Source: an uncultured Acidobacteriota bacterium (GTDB lineage Bacteria; Acidobacteriota; Vicinamibacteria; Marinacidobacterales; SMYC01). Taken from it: a stretch of DNA of 64,000 nt. The DNA is taken from positions 445,388 through 509,387 of the forward strand of contig CAVQUX010000006.1 of assembly GCA_963716925.1 (NCBI GenBank). The letters run 5' to 3'. The position numbers were made by a program, and so were the translations under genes. Numbering within the stretch: the stretch's first letter is position 1; every line of letters begins with the position of its first letter. The notes beneath the pieces are model-generated. The model searched no databases, was not told the origin of the DNA, and worked only from the letters and a program-made list of their open reading frames with translations. Of the stretch, positions 10,486-21,316 are shown piece by piece.

Positions 10486-11140
10486 GCTTGTAGGGTTTCC
10501 CGAACTTGTTCAGGTGGGGACGCTTGGCGAACCCGCTGACGTCGATCTGGACTACGAGACCCGTCGCCCCGGACTCGGTGACCGACAGCGGCTGCGTCGT
10601 CTCGCCCTCCTCGTGCCAGGCCTTCAAACGGTAGTTGCCGGGGGGTACGTCGTCGATGAGGAACCCGCCGTCCGGGTTGGTCCAGGCGAAGTACGGGTTC
10701 TCCATGACCTGAAGGAACGCGCTCATCTGCGGATGGATGTTGCAGTAGATGCGAACCAGCCCCGGTGTCTGGAACGTGAAATCCTTCTTGGCTCCGTTCT
10801 TGTAGAGCCCGAGATCGAAGCGGTTTCCCTTCGAGAGGGAGAAAACGTTGTGCATGATGTCGTCGTGGTTGGGGAAGCTCACCGATCCGTTCAGCGGCAC
10901 CACTTCGATGTGGGGCTCGAACGTCTTTTCCCGGGATGCGATTGAGACCGCGCGCTTCTGGAGGGCCGCGGGGATCTCGGCCCGAACGCCCTCGAGAAAC
11001 ACCAGGACCTCCCGCACGACGGGACGCTTCGCGTTCCCTTTCTCCAGCAGTTCGACTTTCCCCGAGACCGGTGCGGAGACGGCGGAGACGGAGGCGGAGA
11101 CGAGAATCGAGATTGTCAAAACCGCAATGCGATGAAGCAT
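10472..11140 (-). CDS. periplasmic cupredoxin-like protein
   Basis: Signal peptide MLHRIAVLTISILVSASVSA. Candidate type-1 Cu ligand pattern HNVFS ... YCNIHPQM. Its 3' end overlaps the start of the sensor gene by 14 nt. Confidence 0.65.
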   Translation of the reverse strand: MLHRIAVLTISILVSASVSAVSAPVSGKVELLEKGNAKRPVVREVLVFLEGVRAEIPAALQKRAVSIASREKTFEPHIEVVPLNGSVSFPNHDDIMHNVFSLSKGNRFDLGLYKNGAKKDFTFQTPGLVRIYCNIHPQMSAFLQVMENPYFAWTNPDGGFLIDDVPPGNYRLKAWHEEGETTQPLSVTESGATGLVVQIDVSGFAKRPHLNKFGKPYKREKY

Positions 11141-11183
11141 GGATCAGCCACCCGAGAAGCGAGCTTCATGGTACCATTTTTTC

Positions 11184-12509
11184 ATGCGCTGGTTTTATCT
11201 CGCTCTCGCGTTCCCGCTCGCCTCCGCGGTCGCCGTCTCCGCACAGGAGCCGGAAGAGGAGCCCTTCGAGGAATCTCAAGGTGTCCAGTTTCGGGTGTCG
11301 GGAGAAGTGAAGGCTCACTATCGCTGGTCGGAGGCCGACAGTTTTCCCCTGCGGTTCTTTCCCCCGGAGTTCGCGCCCGCAGGGCGGAATCAGGTCGAGA
11401 TGCGGACGGTGTCCCCCGGCTCCTCCCTCGAGATCAGCAAGGCGACGGTGTTCTTCGACGTCGACTTTCCCCACAGCGTGACCGGCCGGGTGAAGATCGA
11501 CTTCATCGATCTCTACGACCGAAACCCCACCAGCAGCGACCACAACGTCGACGTGGACGAAGCCTATCTTCGATTCGGCAAGAAGTACGAGTCGCTCGAG
11601 CCCATGCCGGGAACCCACGTCTACGCGTTGTTCGGAAAGGCCCCCAAGTTCGAGCGCCAGCTCTTCCGGAGACTCGAGAGCTATGGTCTGGTCCAGACCG
11701 CCTTCAATCGATTCAACGATATTCAACTGCAGATCGGCGGCAGCGTGGGAAAGAACTTCTATTTCCGCGCTCAGGTCAGCAACGGCAACCCCACGTTCTT
11801 CCGCGATCCCAACGTGCTCGCTGGAGACAACGGCGTCGAGCCGCCCCCGCGCCCCGACATCACCCTCGATTCCGGCTTTCCCATCTTCTATCACGCGGAG
11901 GTCGAGGAGCTGGCCTTCGACGACAACTTCGAAGGCGGGTTCGGCGGAGGCTTTCGCTGGGCCTCCGAGGATCAGCGGCGGGGGTTCGACGTCCTCGGCT
12001 TCTACTACCAGACCACGCTCTCGGACGCGGCGAAGCTGAACGGCACATTCTACGAGGGCGACCTGGATCTCCTCAACGGCGCCGGAGTGAGCCTCCCCAT
12101 CTCGGGAGACGAGCGCACGGAGTGGGGGGTCAACGCCGACGGACAATGGGGAAACCTGGGAGTCTTTCTCCAGTACGTCGACGAGGAGGCCGCCTCGCTT
12201 CCCCGGACGGGGTTCGAGGCCGAAGCCGGCTACGATATCGTGCTCGGCGATCGCGGCGACCCGGGAGCGCTCTTCACCGTGATACAGCCCGTGGTTCGCT
12301 ACAGCCGGCTCGACAACGGCTTTCGATCCCCCCCTGGATTCGTCGCTCCTAGCGTCATGTGGGACTGGACGAAGATCGACGCGGGCGCGCGCGTCACCAT
12401 CCTCCAGAACATCGACGTCACCGTGGAGTACTCCTACCACGACATCGAGGCGAGCCAGCAGATCGATCACGACGAGTTCCTGACGACCCTGCGGTTCCGC
12501 TTCCCCTAG
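11184..12509 (+). CDS. outer-membrane beta-barrel (porin-like) protein
   Basis: ATG 11184 gives the signal peptide MRWFYLALAFPLASAVAVSAQ. The sequence is rich in alternating aromatic and Gly/Asn/Asp residues, and the C-terminus is LRFRFP. Divergent from the cupredoxin gene. Confidence 0.6.
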   Translation: MRWFYLALAFPLASAVAVSAQEPEEEPFEESQGVQFRVSGEVKAHYRWSEADSFPLRFFPPEFAPAGRNQVEMRTVSPGSSLEISKATVFFDVDFPHSVTGRVKIDFIDLYDRNPTSSDHNVDVDEAYLRFGKKYESLEPMPGTHVYALFGKAPKFERQLFRRLESYGLVQTAFNRFNDIQLQIGGSVGKNFYFRAQVSNGNPTFFRDPNVLAGDNGVEPPPRPDITLDSGFPIFYHAEVEELAFDDNFEGGFGGGFRWASEDQRRGFDVLGFYYQTTLSDAAKLNGTFYEGDLDLLNGAGVSLPISGDERTEWGVNADGQWGNLGVFLQYVDEEAASLPRTGFEAEAGYDIVLGDRGDPGALFTVIQPVVRYSRLDNGFRSPPGFVAPSVMWDWTKIDAGARVTILQNIDVTVEYSYHDIEASQQIDHDEFLTTLRFRFP

Positions 12510-12648
12510 CTGTTACCAAGAGTAACGACCCCGCCATCGGCTCCAGCCCCTCGGGAACCACGCAAGTTACTCGTGGATCTACCGATACCGGATCACTTCC
12601 GTTCGTTGGCCTCCTTCTTGCAGTTATTGGGATGGCAGGAGGTGGACC

Positions 12649-12852
12649 ATGATGCACGTGGACGTTCTCCATTCGAGCGAGACGAACGCGCGCGCCGTCT
12701 ACCTGGAGGCCGAAGACGGCGGCGTCAATCCCAAGACCCGGGTCCGGGCGGTGTTTCACGACAGAAACGGCGTACGCGAGACGAGCCGGATCTTCGACAC
12801 CCTGGAGGAAGCCCTCGCTTACGCGCAGACGCTGTATCCGCCGGCGGCGTGA
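12649..12852 (+). CDS. small hypothetical protein (67 aa)
   Basis: AGGAGG about 7 nt upstream of the ATGATG start. The composition looks protein-like, and I recognise no family. Confidence 0.4.
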   Translation: MMHVDVLHSSETNARAVYLEAEDGGVNPKTRVRAVFHDRNGVRETSRIFDTLEEALAYAQTLYPPAA

Positions 12853-12882
12853 TCGCCGCATCGACCGGGTGACGGCGCTCGG

Positions 12883-14025
12883 TTAGGGTCGGAGTCGCCG
12901 GGCGAGGTGGCGAACCGCACGCAACGGGAACCATAAGAGCCTTTTCGCCGCGCGCCTTCCCTTGTGGCGTACGATGCCAAGGAGGCCCCGCGCCTTGCGC
13001 GGGTTCATGGCGAGGAGCCCCCAGCGCTCGCGGCGGTGCGACATCCAGTCCTGCTTGTACGCGTCGTTGCCCTGGAGGAAGTCCACCACTTCGACGCGAT
13101 CCTGGTCGATCACATGGCGCAGCATGTGCGCCGTGAGGATCGTGCCGAGGGAGAGCTTGGCATACTGCGCATCGTAGGCCAGGCTGAAGATGAGGGCGTA
13201 GGAGCCGACCACAATCCAGCACTGAGCGGCCGCAGGCACCTCATCGACGTACACGACGCCCACGCGCAGCCAGCCCTGGTTCGCCCATGCACGCATCAAG
13301 CCGGGGAGAAAGCCCTGATAGCGCCCCTCGGATTGCCAGCCCATCCGGTACACGCGCTCGCAATCGGCAATGGCCGACTCGATGTCCTCGGTCCGCTTGA
13401 AGAGACTGACGCGCGCCCGCGCGGAGGCGTCGAGGCTTCGCGACTTCCGATGGAGGGTGTTCACGAGCCGCGGAGGGAGCCCCCCGAGGATCTCGTCGGC
13501 GCTGCGGCCGGCCACCACGAGATACCAGTTGTAGAAAGAGAAGAAGGGATGGATGACGAGCCCCGCCGCGCGAAGGGCGGCGACGAGGTGCCCGAAGATA
13601 GGTTCCTCTCGCGCGAGGGGCTCCAGCTTCAGACTCTCGCAGCTGGGCTCATTCGCGATATGGACCATCAGGTCTCGCAGAAGCGGTACGGGATCTTCCA
13701 CCGTGTCGGCGATGATGGGGTGGCATCGCGTCGTCCACATGGTCGCGAGGGTCTGAGGTCCGCGCAGGCGAAGGCTCCATCCGCCCGGTGCCCTGAGGCG
13801 CATGGGGAGGACCACGAGTGGGTTCAGTTCCGGAGGGCCGGCGGAGACGACGTAGAACCGGGTGCCCTGGCCGAGGCTCATGGCGTCCTGGGCGAGGAGC
13901 CGATGCCAGGTCAGGCCCGCGGGCGCCTCGCTGCGAACCGAGTCGCGAAACAGGGCGAGGGCGGCCGGCGGCATGTCGGCCAGGCACCGGTACATCGTGA
14001 CAACCGAGCCGGTCGAGCCGACCAT
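12883..14025 (-). CDS. GNAT family N-acetyltransferase (CelD/BcsL, FemAB-like)
   Basis: 380-aa ORF whose C-terminal half has the pattern WLRVGVVYVDEVPAAAQCWIVVGSYALIFSLAYDAQYAKLSLGTILTAHMLRHVID...DFLQGNDAYKQDW, typical of the Acetyltransf_6-type family. Confidence 0.65.
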   Translation of the reverse strand: MVGSTGSVVTMYRCLADMPPAALALFRDSVRSEAPAGLTWHRLLAQDAMSLGQGTRFYVVSAGPPELNPLVVLPMRLRAPGGWSLRLRGPQTLATMWTTRCHPIIADTVEDPVPLLRDLMVHIANEPSCESLKLEPLAREEPIFGHLVAALRAAGLVIHPFFSFYNWYLVVAGRSADEILGGLPPRLVNTLHRKSRSLDASARARVSLFKRTEDIESAIADCERVYRMGWQSEGRYQGFLPGLMRAWANQGWLRVGVVYVDEVPAAAQCWIVVGSYALIFSLAYDAQYAKLSLGTILTAHMLRHVIDQDRVEVVDFLQGNDAYKQDWMSHRRERWGLLAMNPRKARGLLGIVRHKGRRAAKRLLWFPLRAVRHLARRLRP

Positions 14026-14266
14026 GACCTCGCGGACGCTCGGCTAATTCCGGCTCTCCCGCGCGGAGACCTCGGCGGTGAAGAGGTCGAACGTCAGCGG
14101 GCAGAGCGGCTCGCAACGGCGGAGGGAGACGGTCACCTCCGGGACGACGTCGCAGCGGAGGGGCTTCGAGGAAGCACGGTGCACGGCTAGGTAGTATACA
14201 GGAGTCCGCCGTCACCCCGGAAACGAGGGACCCGTTCGTCGCGCGCCTTCGATATGATGGCGAGCC

Positions 14267-16101
14267 GTGCGCAGCACGCCGGTCGGCTACGTCCTTCCCT
14301 TCGCGCTCTTTCTCGGTGGATGCGGGGACGAGTCGATTCTCGCTCATCGAGCTCGCGCCCCCGGGCCAGTCGGCCCGCAAAGTGGGCGGCCTCGAAGCGC
14401 TCACTCCCGGCTTCCCCTCCGAAGTCACGTTCCGCTTGACCCTTCCGGAAGAGCCTTTTCTCGATTTTTCCGTCGCCGTACTCACGGCGAAGGACGTAAA
14501 TCGCGGAACCGTCCGGTTCTCGATACGGCTCTCGGCGGACAACCGGAGCTTCAACGTTTATGACGAAAGCGTCCGCGCGCGCGGTGGCGACGCCTTCCAC
14601 TTCCGAAGAGTGAACCTGGCCGCGTGGCGGGGCCGCGATGTGACGCTCACCCTCGGCGCCGGCCCGGCGCATCCAGAAGCCGCGGGCGCATGGGTGAAAG
14701 ACGTCGCCGTCGCCTGGGGAGCGCCTCGAGTCGAGAACCGCGAGCTCGAGCCGCCCCCGACGCGGCCGTCGATCATACTTCTTCTGGTGGACACTCTCCG
14801 CCGCGACTATCTGGGTTTTCATGGCTTCGAAGGACCCATCTCTCCCAACCTCGATTGGCTCGCGATGGAGTCCGTGGTCTTCGAGAACGCCTTCACCCAG
14901 GCTCCCTGGACGAAGCCGTCCATTGCGAGCCTCTTCACATCCCTTCACCCCGATGCCCACGGGCTCGACAACCACGAGGGTCTCTTCGGTCCTCGGGAAA
15001 ATCGGGCGCTCACGACGGGAGTCCTTCCCTCGGAGGCCGTGACCCTCGCCGAAGCGCTGAAGGGAGCGGGATATCGCACCGCCGCATTCGTGGCGAATCC
15101 CTGGGTCCATGGCCGCTACGGGTTCGATCAAGGATTCGACTCCTACGAGGTCGTTACGACCCTTCCGGAGATTCTCGAGCGGGCCCGCGCTTTTTTTCGA
15201 CAGGACGAGCGACGGCCGTTCTTTCTCTACCTCCATTTCATGGACGTGCACGGACCGTACGACGCTTCGGAAGAGGATTTCGAATCGATGGGGACGAGCC
15301 CGAGTCTCGCCGTTCGAGAGGAGCCGCCGGCGGGCGATCTCTCGAAGCTTCCCTCCTATCTCGCGGGGATCCCCTGGTTCCAGGAGGAAGAGTTCCGGAA
15401 TCGAACGTTCGGGGAGGTCATCGCGTTTCGCCTGTCCCGGAGCCACCCGGTGCGCGCGCGCTACGCGGCGAACGTGCTCGATTACGATCGCCGGATCGGG
15501 CCGTTCCTGAACGAGGTTCGCAACTCCGAGCTCGACCGGAACACGATTCTGGTCCTGACTTCCGATCACGGAGAAGAGCTTCTGGAGCATGGAGGATGGG
15601 ATCACGGCTTCAACCTCTACGAGCAGCAGATTCGCGTTCCGCTCTTGATCCCGGAGGCCCGGCGCCCGCGACGGAGGTCGCAGGGTTGCCGGGGCGGCGA
15701 ATCTGATCGACGTCATGCCGACGCTCCTCGGGCTCGCGAGCCTGGACGTACCCGATGGAATCGAGGGACGGGACTTGTTCCGATCCCGAGCGGCGGACGG
15801 GGCCAGCTATTCCGCGGCGACCAAGCACCGTGAGGGCGTCTATGCCCTCAGGAACGAAAGGTACAAGCTCATTTTCGACTCCAAGACCCGCGCGATCTCG
15901 CTCTTCGATCTCGAAGCCGACCCCGGAGAGTACCGCGACATCGCCGCCGCGCGAGAAGTCGAGGCACAGCGGCTCCTCGGGCTCTTGTCCCGTCACATCG
16001 AAGACTCCCGCCGCTCCCGCTTGCGCCCCGAGAGCGCCGTCATTCCCGAGGAGATGCGGAAGCGGCTCGAGTCTCTGGGCTACCTGACCGAAACCAAATG
16101 A
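14267..16101 (+). CDS. sulfatase-like hydrolase/transferase lipoprotein (frame interrupted twice)
   Basis: GTG 14267 gives MRSTPVGYVLPFALFLGGC, which contains a lipobox. An alkaline-phosphatase-superfamily core follows (IILLLVDTLRRDYLG, APWTKPSIASLFTS, LTSDHGEEL). The C-terminal NLIDVMPTLLGLA lies in the next frame. Shifts are at about 14327 (G4 run) and about 15650 (C3 run). Confidence 0.75.
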
Positions 16102-16111
16102 GAGGAGAGTC

Positions 16112-18106
16112 ATGAATATTCTCGCGACCGTCGCGCTCGCAGCCCTTCTTCTCCGCAGCGACGACTACTTCAAGCTCCGTTCCGTGGGGTCGGTTGCGCT
16201 CTCGCCCGACGGCTCGTCGGTGGCGTACTCCGTCGTCAACAACGATGGAGAGGGCCGCCCGTACCGGCAGCTCTGGATCGCGAGCGTCCAGGGCGGAAGC
16301 CCCCGCCGGATCGGCGGCGACGCCGATCGCGGCGGGGACGCCGTCTGGTCCCCGGACGGCCGCCTCATCGCTTTCAACGGCAGGATCGCCGGCAAGGACG
16401 GACTCCACGTCGTGAGGCCCGACGGGTCGGCGCCCCGGTTTCTCGCCGAGATGATCGGAACGAACAGTCCCCTGACCTACGAGGGGAGCTCGATCGCCTG
16501 GTCGCCGGACTCGAGAGAGCTCGCCTTCGTCTCGACGACTCCCGGCCCCGAGACCGAGCTCGCGAGCGGCGATCCCGTGGTGATCACTCGTTACAAGTAC
16601 AAGCCGGACTACTGGGAAGGCTCGACGAGGTTCAACGACAACCGGAGGCGGCACATCTTCCTCGCGAACCTCGACTCCGGCGCCTTGCGGCAGCTGACGC
16701 CCGACGGGGCCTATGAAGAGCACTCGATCGACTGGTCCCCGCGCGGAGATGAGATCGTGTTCGTTTCGAATCGAGAGCCCGACCCGGACCTGTTCTACAA
16801 CCCGGACGTCTTCTCGGTCCGCGTCGCGGACGGCGTCATCCGGCGGCTATCGGCGACGGAATCCGCCGAGTTCAGGCCGCGGTGGTCCCCCGACGGTGAG
16901 CACGTGGCGTTCATGGGGACGCGGCGCGGACTGACCGACCTCGAGACCGACATGGAGGATCCCCATGTCTGGCTCATGGACCGGGAGGGTGGGAATCGCC
17001 GCGAGCTCGGCTCGGTCCTCGACAACCGCCAGGGCTCGCCCACCTGGTCGCCCGATGGGCGCTTCCTCTACTTCAGCGTGGAGGAGCGGGGCCACGAGCA
17101 CCTCTACCGGATGGCGGCCTCGGGAGGAGCTCCGGAGATCGTCGTGAGCGAGCCGGGCCGCGTGGTCGACTGGTCCCTCGGCGGGAGCGGCGTTCTCGCT
17201 TATGCGTTCCAGGGCCTCGACGACACGGCGCAGCTGTTCCTGGAGGCGGCCCCGGAGCCGCGGCAGATGACGGGTCTGAACGCGGAGGCACTCGCCGGAG
17301 TCGAGATCGCACCCGTGGAATCGTTCACGTTCGTGAGCAACGACTTCCGATTCGACGTGGAGGCGTTCTTGACGAAGCCTCACGGCATGACGGCCGAATC
17401 CAAGCATCCGCTCATCTTGATGATCCACGGAGGTCCGCACGGCCAGCAGGGCCCGGCGTTCAACTTCAAATCACAATTCTATGCCGCACGCGGATGGGCG
17501 ACTCTCCAGGTGAACTATCGCGGCTCGACCGGCTACGGCCAGAAGTTCGCCGATGCCGTCTTCGGGGACCAGAACGGGAACGAGGCCCAGGACGTGCTGT
17601 ACGGGGTCTTCGCCGCCATGAGGCGCAACCCCTGGGTCGATCGCGAAAGGCTCGCGGTCGAAGGGGGAAGCTATGGAGGCCAGCTCAGCTCGTGGCTCGT
17701 CACCCAGACTCACATCTTCCGCGCCGCGATCCCCCTCGCGCCGATCATCAACAATCTCAGCTACAACTACATGACGTACTACAACATGTACGAGCAGATG
17801 GAGTGGGGCCAGATGCCGCACCAGGGAAACCTGATGGACGTGCTCTGGGAGCGCTCGGCGCTGAAGCACGTGGCGAAGGTGAAGACCCCGACGATGCTGG
17901 TCCACGGCGAGAACGACAACGACGTTCCCATCGCCGAGTCCGAGCAGTTCTACGTCGCTCTCAAGGACGTGGGGGTGGAGGCGGTCCTGGTGCGCTACCC
18001 GAGAGAAGGCCACGGCCTCGCCGAGCCCAAGCACATCGTGGATCTCATGGAGCGAAGCGTCCGCTGGTACGAGAGGCACTTCGGCCCGGCGAGGCCTTCG
18101 AACTAG
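16112..18106 (+). CDS. S9 family serine peptidase with TolB-like beta-propeller
   Basis: GGAGAG upstream of the ATG. Repeated WSPDG propeller motifs, and a C-terminal alpha/beta hydrolase with the nucleophile elbow GGSYGG plus HGENDNDVP and EGHG. Confidence 0.9.
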   Translation: MNILATVALAALLLRSDDYFKLRSVGSVALSPDGSSVAYSVVNNDGEGRPYRQLWIASVQGGSPRRIGGDADRGGDAVWSPDGRLIAFNGRIAGKDGLHVVRPDGSAPRFLAEMIGTNSPLTYEGSSIAWSPDSRELAFVSTTPGPETELASGDPVVITRYKYKPDYWEGSTRFNDNRRRHIFLANLDSGALRQLTPDGAYEEHSIDWSPRGDEIVFVSNREPDPDLFYNPDVFSVRVADGVIRRLSATESAEFRPRWSPDGEHVAFMGTRRGLTDLETDMEDPHVWLMDREGGNRRELGSVLDNRQGSPTWSPDGRFLYFSVEERGHEHLYRMAASGGAPEIVVSEPGRVVDWSLGGSGVLAYAFQGLDDTAQLFLEAAPEPRQMTGLNAEALAGVEIAPVESFTFVSNDFRFDVEAFLTKPHGMTAESKHPLILMIHGGPHGQQGPAFNFKSQFYAARGWATLQVNYRGSTGYGQKFADAVFGDQNGNEAQDVLYGVFAAMRRNPWVDRERLAVEGGSYGGQLSSWLVTQTHIFRAAIPLAPIINNLSYNYMTYYNMYEQMEWGQMPHQGNLMDVLWERSALKHVAKVKTPTMLVHGENDNDVPIAESEQFYVALKDVGVEAVLVRYPREGHGLAEPKHIVDLMERSVRWYERHFGPARPSN

Positions 18107-18741
18107 TTCCGATTCGGCTGCGGAGTCACCCGGAGGTAAGGCTTGAGCTCCTTCCAACCCTTGGGGAACTTGCCTTTCGCCTCTTCGTTCGAGACCGCGG
18201 TCACGATGATCACGTCCTCGCCGTCCTTCCAGTTGACGGGAGTCGCCACCTGGTAGTTCGCGGTGAGCTGGAGCGAATCGATGACCCGGAGGATCTCGTC
18301 GAAATTGCGGCCGGTGCTTGCCGGATAGGTGATGGTCAGCTTCACCTTCTTGTCGGGACCGATGACGAAGACCGAGCGGACGGTGAGGGTCTCGCTGGCG
18401 TTCGGATGGATCATGTCGTACAGACCGGAGACCTTGCGGTCGTGATCGTCGATGAGGGGGAAGTTCAGCTTCGCCCCCTGGGTCTCCTCGATGTCCTTGG
18501 CCCACTTGGTGTGGTCTTCGACCTTGTCCACCGAGAGCCCGATGACCTTCACGTTCCGCTTGTCGAACTCCTTCTTCAGCTTCGCGACGGCGCCGAGCTC
18601 CGTGGTACAGACGGGGGTGAAGTCCTTGGGATGGGAGAACAGAATCGCCCAGCCGTTTCCGATCCAGTCGTGGAAGCGGATCGTACCGTCGGTCGTCTTG
18701 ACCTCGAAATCCGGTGCGGTGTCGCCGAGACGAATAGCCAT
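18103..18741 (-). CDS. 1-Cys peroxiredoxin (Prx6-type)
   Basis: 212 aa with WAILFSHPKDFTPVCTTEL, the peroxidatic Cys motif PVCTTE. Length and C-terminal extension are typical of 1-Cys Prx. Confidence 0.9.
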   Translation of the reverse strand: MAIRLGDTAPDFEVKTTDGTIRFHDWIGNGWAILFSHPKDFTPVCTTELGAVAKLKKEFDKRNVKVIGLSVDKVEDHTKWAKDIEETQGAKLNFPLIDDHDRKVSGLYDMIHPNASETLTVRSVFVIGPDKKVKLTITYPASTGRNFDEILRVIDSLQLTANYQVATPVNWKDGEDVIIVTAVSNEEAKGKFPKGWKELKPYLRVTPQPNRN

Positions 18742-18838
18742 GTTTTGGAACCTCCTCTTCAGGTACTACGCAGATTCGTCACTTTGACCGCCTCTGTCAA
18801 GTAAGATGGGCGGTCCGGGAGGTTCGGAAGGGGGAAGC

Positions 18839-19765
18839 ATGATAGCCATCGCATTGGTCGCAGCTCTCGCCGCCGCGCAGACCTGGAGATTTCCTCCGGA
18901 CAGCGCTCGCTGCCCCTCCAAGTGGGGGGCCGACGACGAGCGCGGCTCCGCGAATCATATGGGCCAGGCGTCCGTGCTCCGCGCCCGGGATCTGATCCGG
19001 ACGGGCGAAGTGATCGAGCTCGCCCATGAGCTCAGCTCCGACATGCCGCTCTTCGGCACCCGGCGCTTCGATCTCCATACCAAGCGCACCACGATGAACC
19101 CGCAGTCGAACCGCCGCGGCTCGAACGAGGAGATCGTGATCGCGGAGATCGGGCAGGTAGGGACGCAGTTCGACGGCTTCGCGCACCAGACGCACGAGGA
19201 CCTCTGGTACAACTGCATTCCCGCGAGCGAGAACGCCACTCGGAGCGGGTTTACCCGGCTCGGCATGGAAAAAGTGGGGATGCTGATGACCCGCGGCGTA
19301 CTCCTCGACGTAGCCGGACTCAAGGGAGTCCCGATCCTCCCCGACAATTACGAGATTACGGTTGCCGACCTCGAGGCGGCGCTATCCCGCCAGAATCTGA
19401 AGCTCGCGCCCGGGGACGCCGTACTGATCCACACCGGTTGGGGAACGCTCTGGGAGAAGGACAACGCCCGCTACGTGAAGAGCTGTCCCGGCCTCGGCAT
19501 CGCCGCGGCCGAGTGGCTCGCCCGGCAGGATCCGATGCTCCTCGGCTCCGACAACTGGCCCGTCGAGGTCGCTCCCAACCCGGACCCCGAGCTCTCGCTT
19601 CCGGTGCACCAGATCGCCCTCGTGGTGAACGGCATTCACCTTCTCGAGAACATGAAGCTCGACGAGCTCGCGGCGAAAGGAATCCACGAGTTCGCGTTCG
19701 TGATTCAGCCGATGAAGCTGAAGGGCGGGACGGGATCGACCGTCTCCCCGGCGGCGATCAGATAG
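18839..19765 (+). CDS. cyclase family protein (kynurenine-formamidase-like fold)
   Basis: ATG 18839 gives a signal-like N-terminus, [14 protein letters not shown]. Motifs GTQFDGFAH and the family-typical C-terminus are present. The start is uncertain; GTG 18806 is an alternative. Confidence 0.65.
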   Translation: MIAIALVAALAAAQTWRFPPDSARCPSKWGADDERGSANHMGQASVLRARDLIRTGEVIELAHELSSDMPLFGTRRFDLHTKRTTMNPQSNRRGSNEEIVIAEIGQVGTQFDGFAHQTHEDLWYNCIPASENATRSGFTRLGMEKVGMLMTRGVLLDVAGLKGVPILPDNYEITVADLEAALSRQNLKLAPGDAVLIHTGWGTLWEKDNARYVKSCPGLGIAAAEWLARQDPMLLGSDNWPVEVAPNPDPELSLPVHQIALVVNGIHLLENMKLDELAAKGIHEFAFVIQPMKLKGGTGSTVSPAAIR

Positions 19766-21198
19766 TCACGACGGCCAGGCTCGGATCGTTTCCGAAGCCT
19801 CGGACCAGCAGGACGTTCTGTCCCTCGACCCCGAGACCGAGATCGCGGGCCAGGCGGCGAGCCAGATCCTCCGGGCGCTCGAACTCCTTCTCCTCCACCA
19901 GCCGGGGAATGATGCCCCAGAGAACGCCGGTCTTCCGGCACGTGCTCGGGTCGGGGGAGGTCGCGACGATCGGCGCCGCGGGCCGCGACGCGCTCATGAC
20001 CTGAGCGGTGCGGCCGCTCTTCGAGATCACGACGATCGCCCGCGCTTGCATGTCCCGCGACAGCTGGGCCATCGCTTTCGCGAGCGCGTCCTCCGCCGGC
20101 ATGGGGGCCACGGAGTCCTGATTCTGCGAGAGCCCGCGGAAGCCTCCCGCGTGCCAGAGATAGGCCTCGGTCTCTCGAGCGACGGTGTCCATCATCTCGA
20201 CGGCCTGGACGGGATACTTCCCCGTCGCCGACTCCGCCGAGAGCATCACCGCGTCCGCCCCGCTTCGCACGGCGAGAGCCACGTCCGAGACCTCGGCCCG
20301 GGTGGGCCGGGGCTTTTCCACCATCGATTCCAGCATCTGGGTCGCCACGATCACCGGCTTCGCCTTGGCCCGCGCGAGGTCGGTGAGCTGAATCTGGATC
20401 AGAGGCACTTTCTGCGGGGGCATCTCGACTCCGAGGTCTCCGCGCGCGACCATGATGCCGTCCGCCGCGTCCAGGATGGCGTCGATATCGTCGAGCGCCT
20501 CCGGCCTTTCGATCTTGGCGATGATGGAAGCGCGGTGCGCCGCTCGCGGCGACCAGGCTCCTCAGCTCCTCGACGTCGGAGGCGCGCCGAACGAACGACA
20601 GGGCCAGGAAGTCGACCCCGAGCCCCAGAGCGAACCGGGCATCGCTCTGGTCCTTCTCGGTCAGCGACGGCGTCGACAGAGCGACACCCGGGAGATTCAT
20701 TCCCTTGCGACTCTTGAGCTCCCCGCCCGCCTCGACCTCGCAGGAGACCTCCGTCCCTTCGACTCGGAGGACGCGAAGCGCGAGGGCCCCGTCGTCGAGG
20801 AGAATGCGATCGCCTTCCTTGACGTCCCGCGCGAGCGCCTCGTAGTGGGTGGGGATGAGGTCCCCGCCGCCGGGAACGGCGCGGGTGGTGACCGTCACCC
20901 GCCGGCCCTTCTCGAGGAGGATGCTCCCTTCCGGAAAATCCCCCACGCGGATCTTGGGACCGCTCAGATCGGCGAGGATCGCCGTGGGTCGCCGCCTCGA
21001 TTCGGCGGCGCTCCGCACGCGGGCGTAGGTCGCGCCGTGGCCCTCCTGCGTGCCGTGCGAGAAGTTGAGCCGGAAGACGTCGACCCCTGTTTCGATGAGC
21101 CGCGAGAGCGTCGGCTCATCGCTCGAGGCCGGTCCGAGCGTGGCGACAATCTTGGTCCGGCGATACTTGAGAGGCTCGATACGAGAGCCGATGCGCAT
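19758..21198 (-). CDS. pyk: pyruvate kinase (frame interrupted once)
   Basis: N-terminus reads [13 protein letters not shown]...FRLNFSHG...ADLSGPKIR. After a shift at about 20527 the next frame continues with [15 protein letters not shown]...[10 protein letters not shown]...VATQMLESM.... Confidence 0.9.
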
Positions 21199-21316
21199 CC
21201 TGTCATTTTGTCATGATCCGGCGACCCGCATCGTGCTGTCAGGAGCGACTCCGAGGCACCGCGTCCTCGAGCTCGACTCGCACTCATGCTCCGGGGACTG
21301 GCCATCGCGCGAGGAC

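Noticed and set aside
12510-12648. A terminator after the porin gene (GTTAC-N5-GTAAC at about 12511-12525).
   Set aside because: The stem is only 5 bp and AT-containing, with no following T-tract. This is too weak to call.
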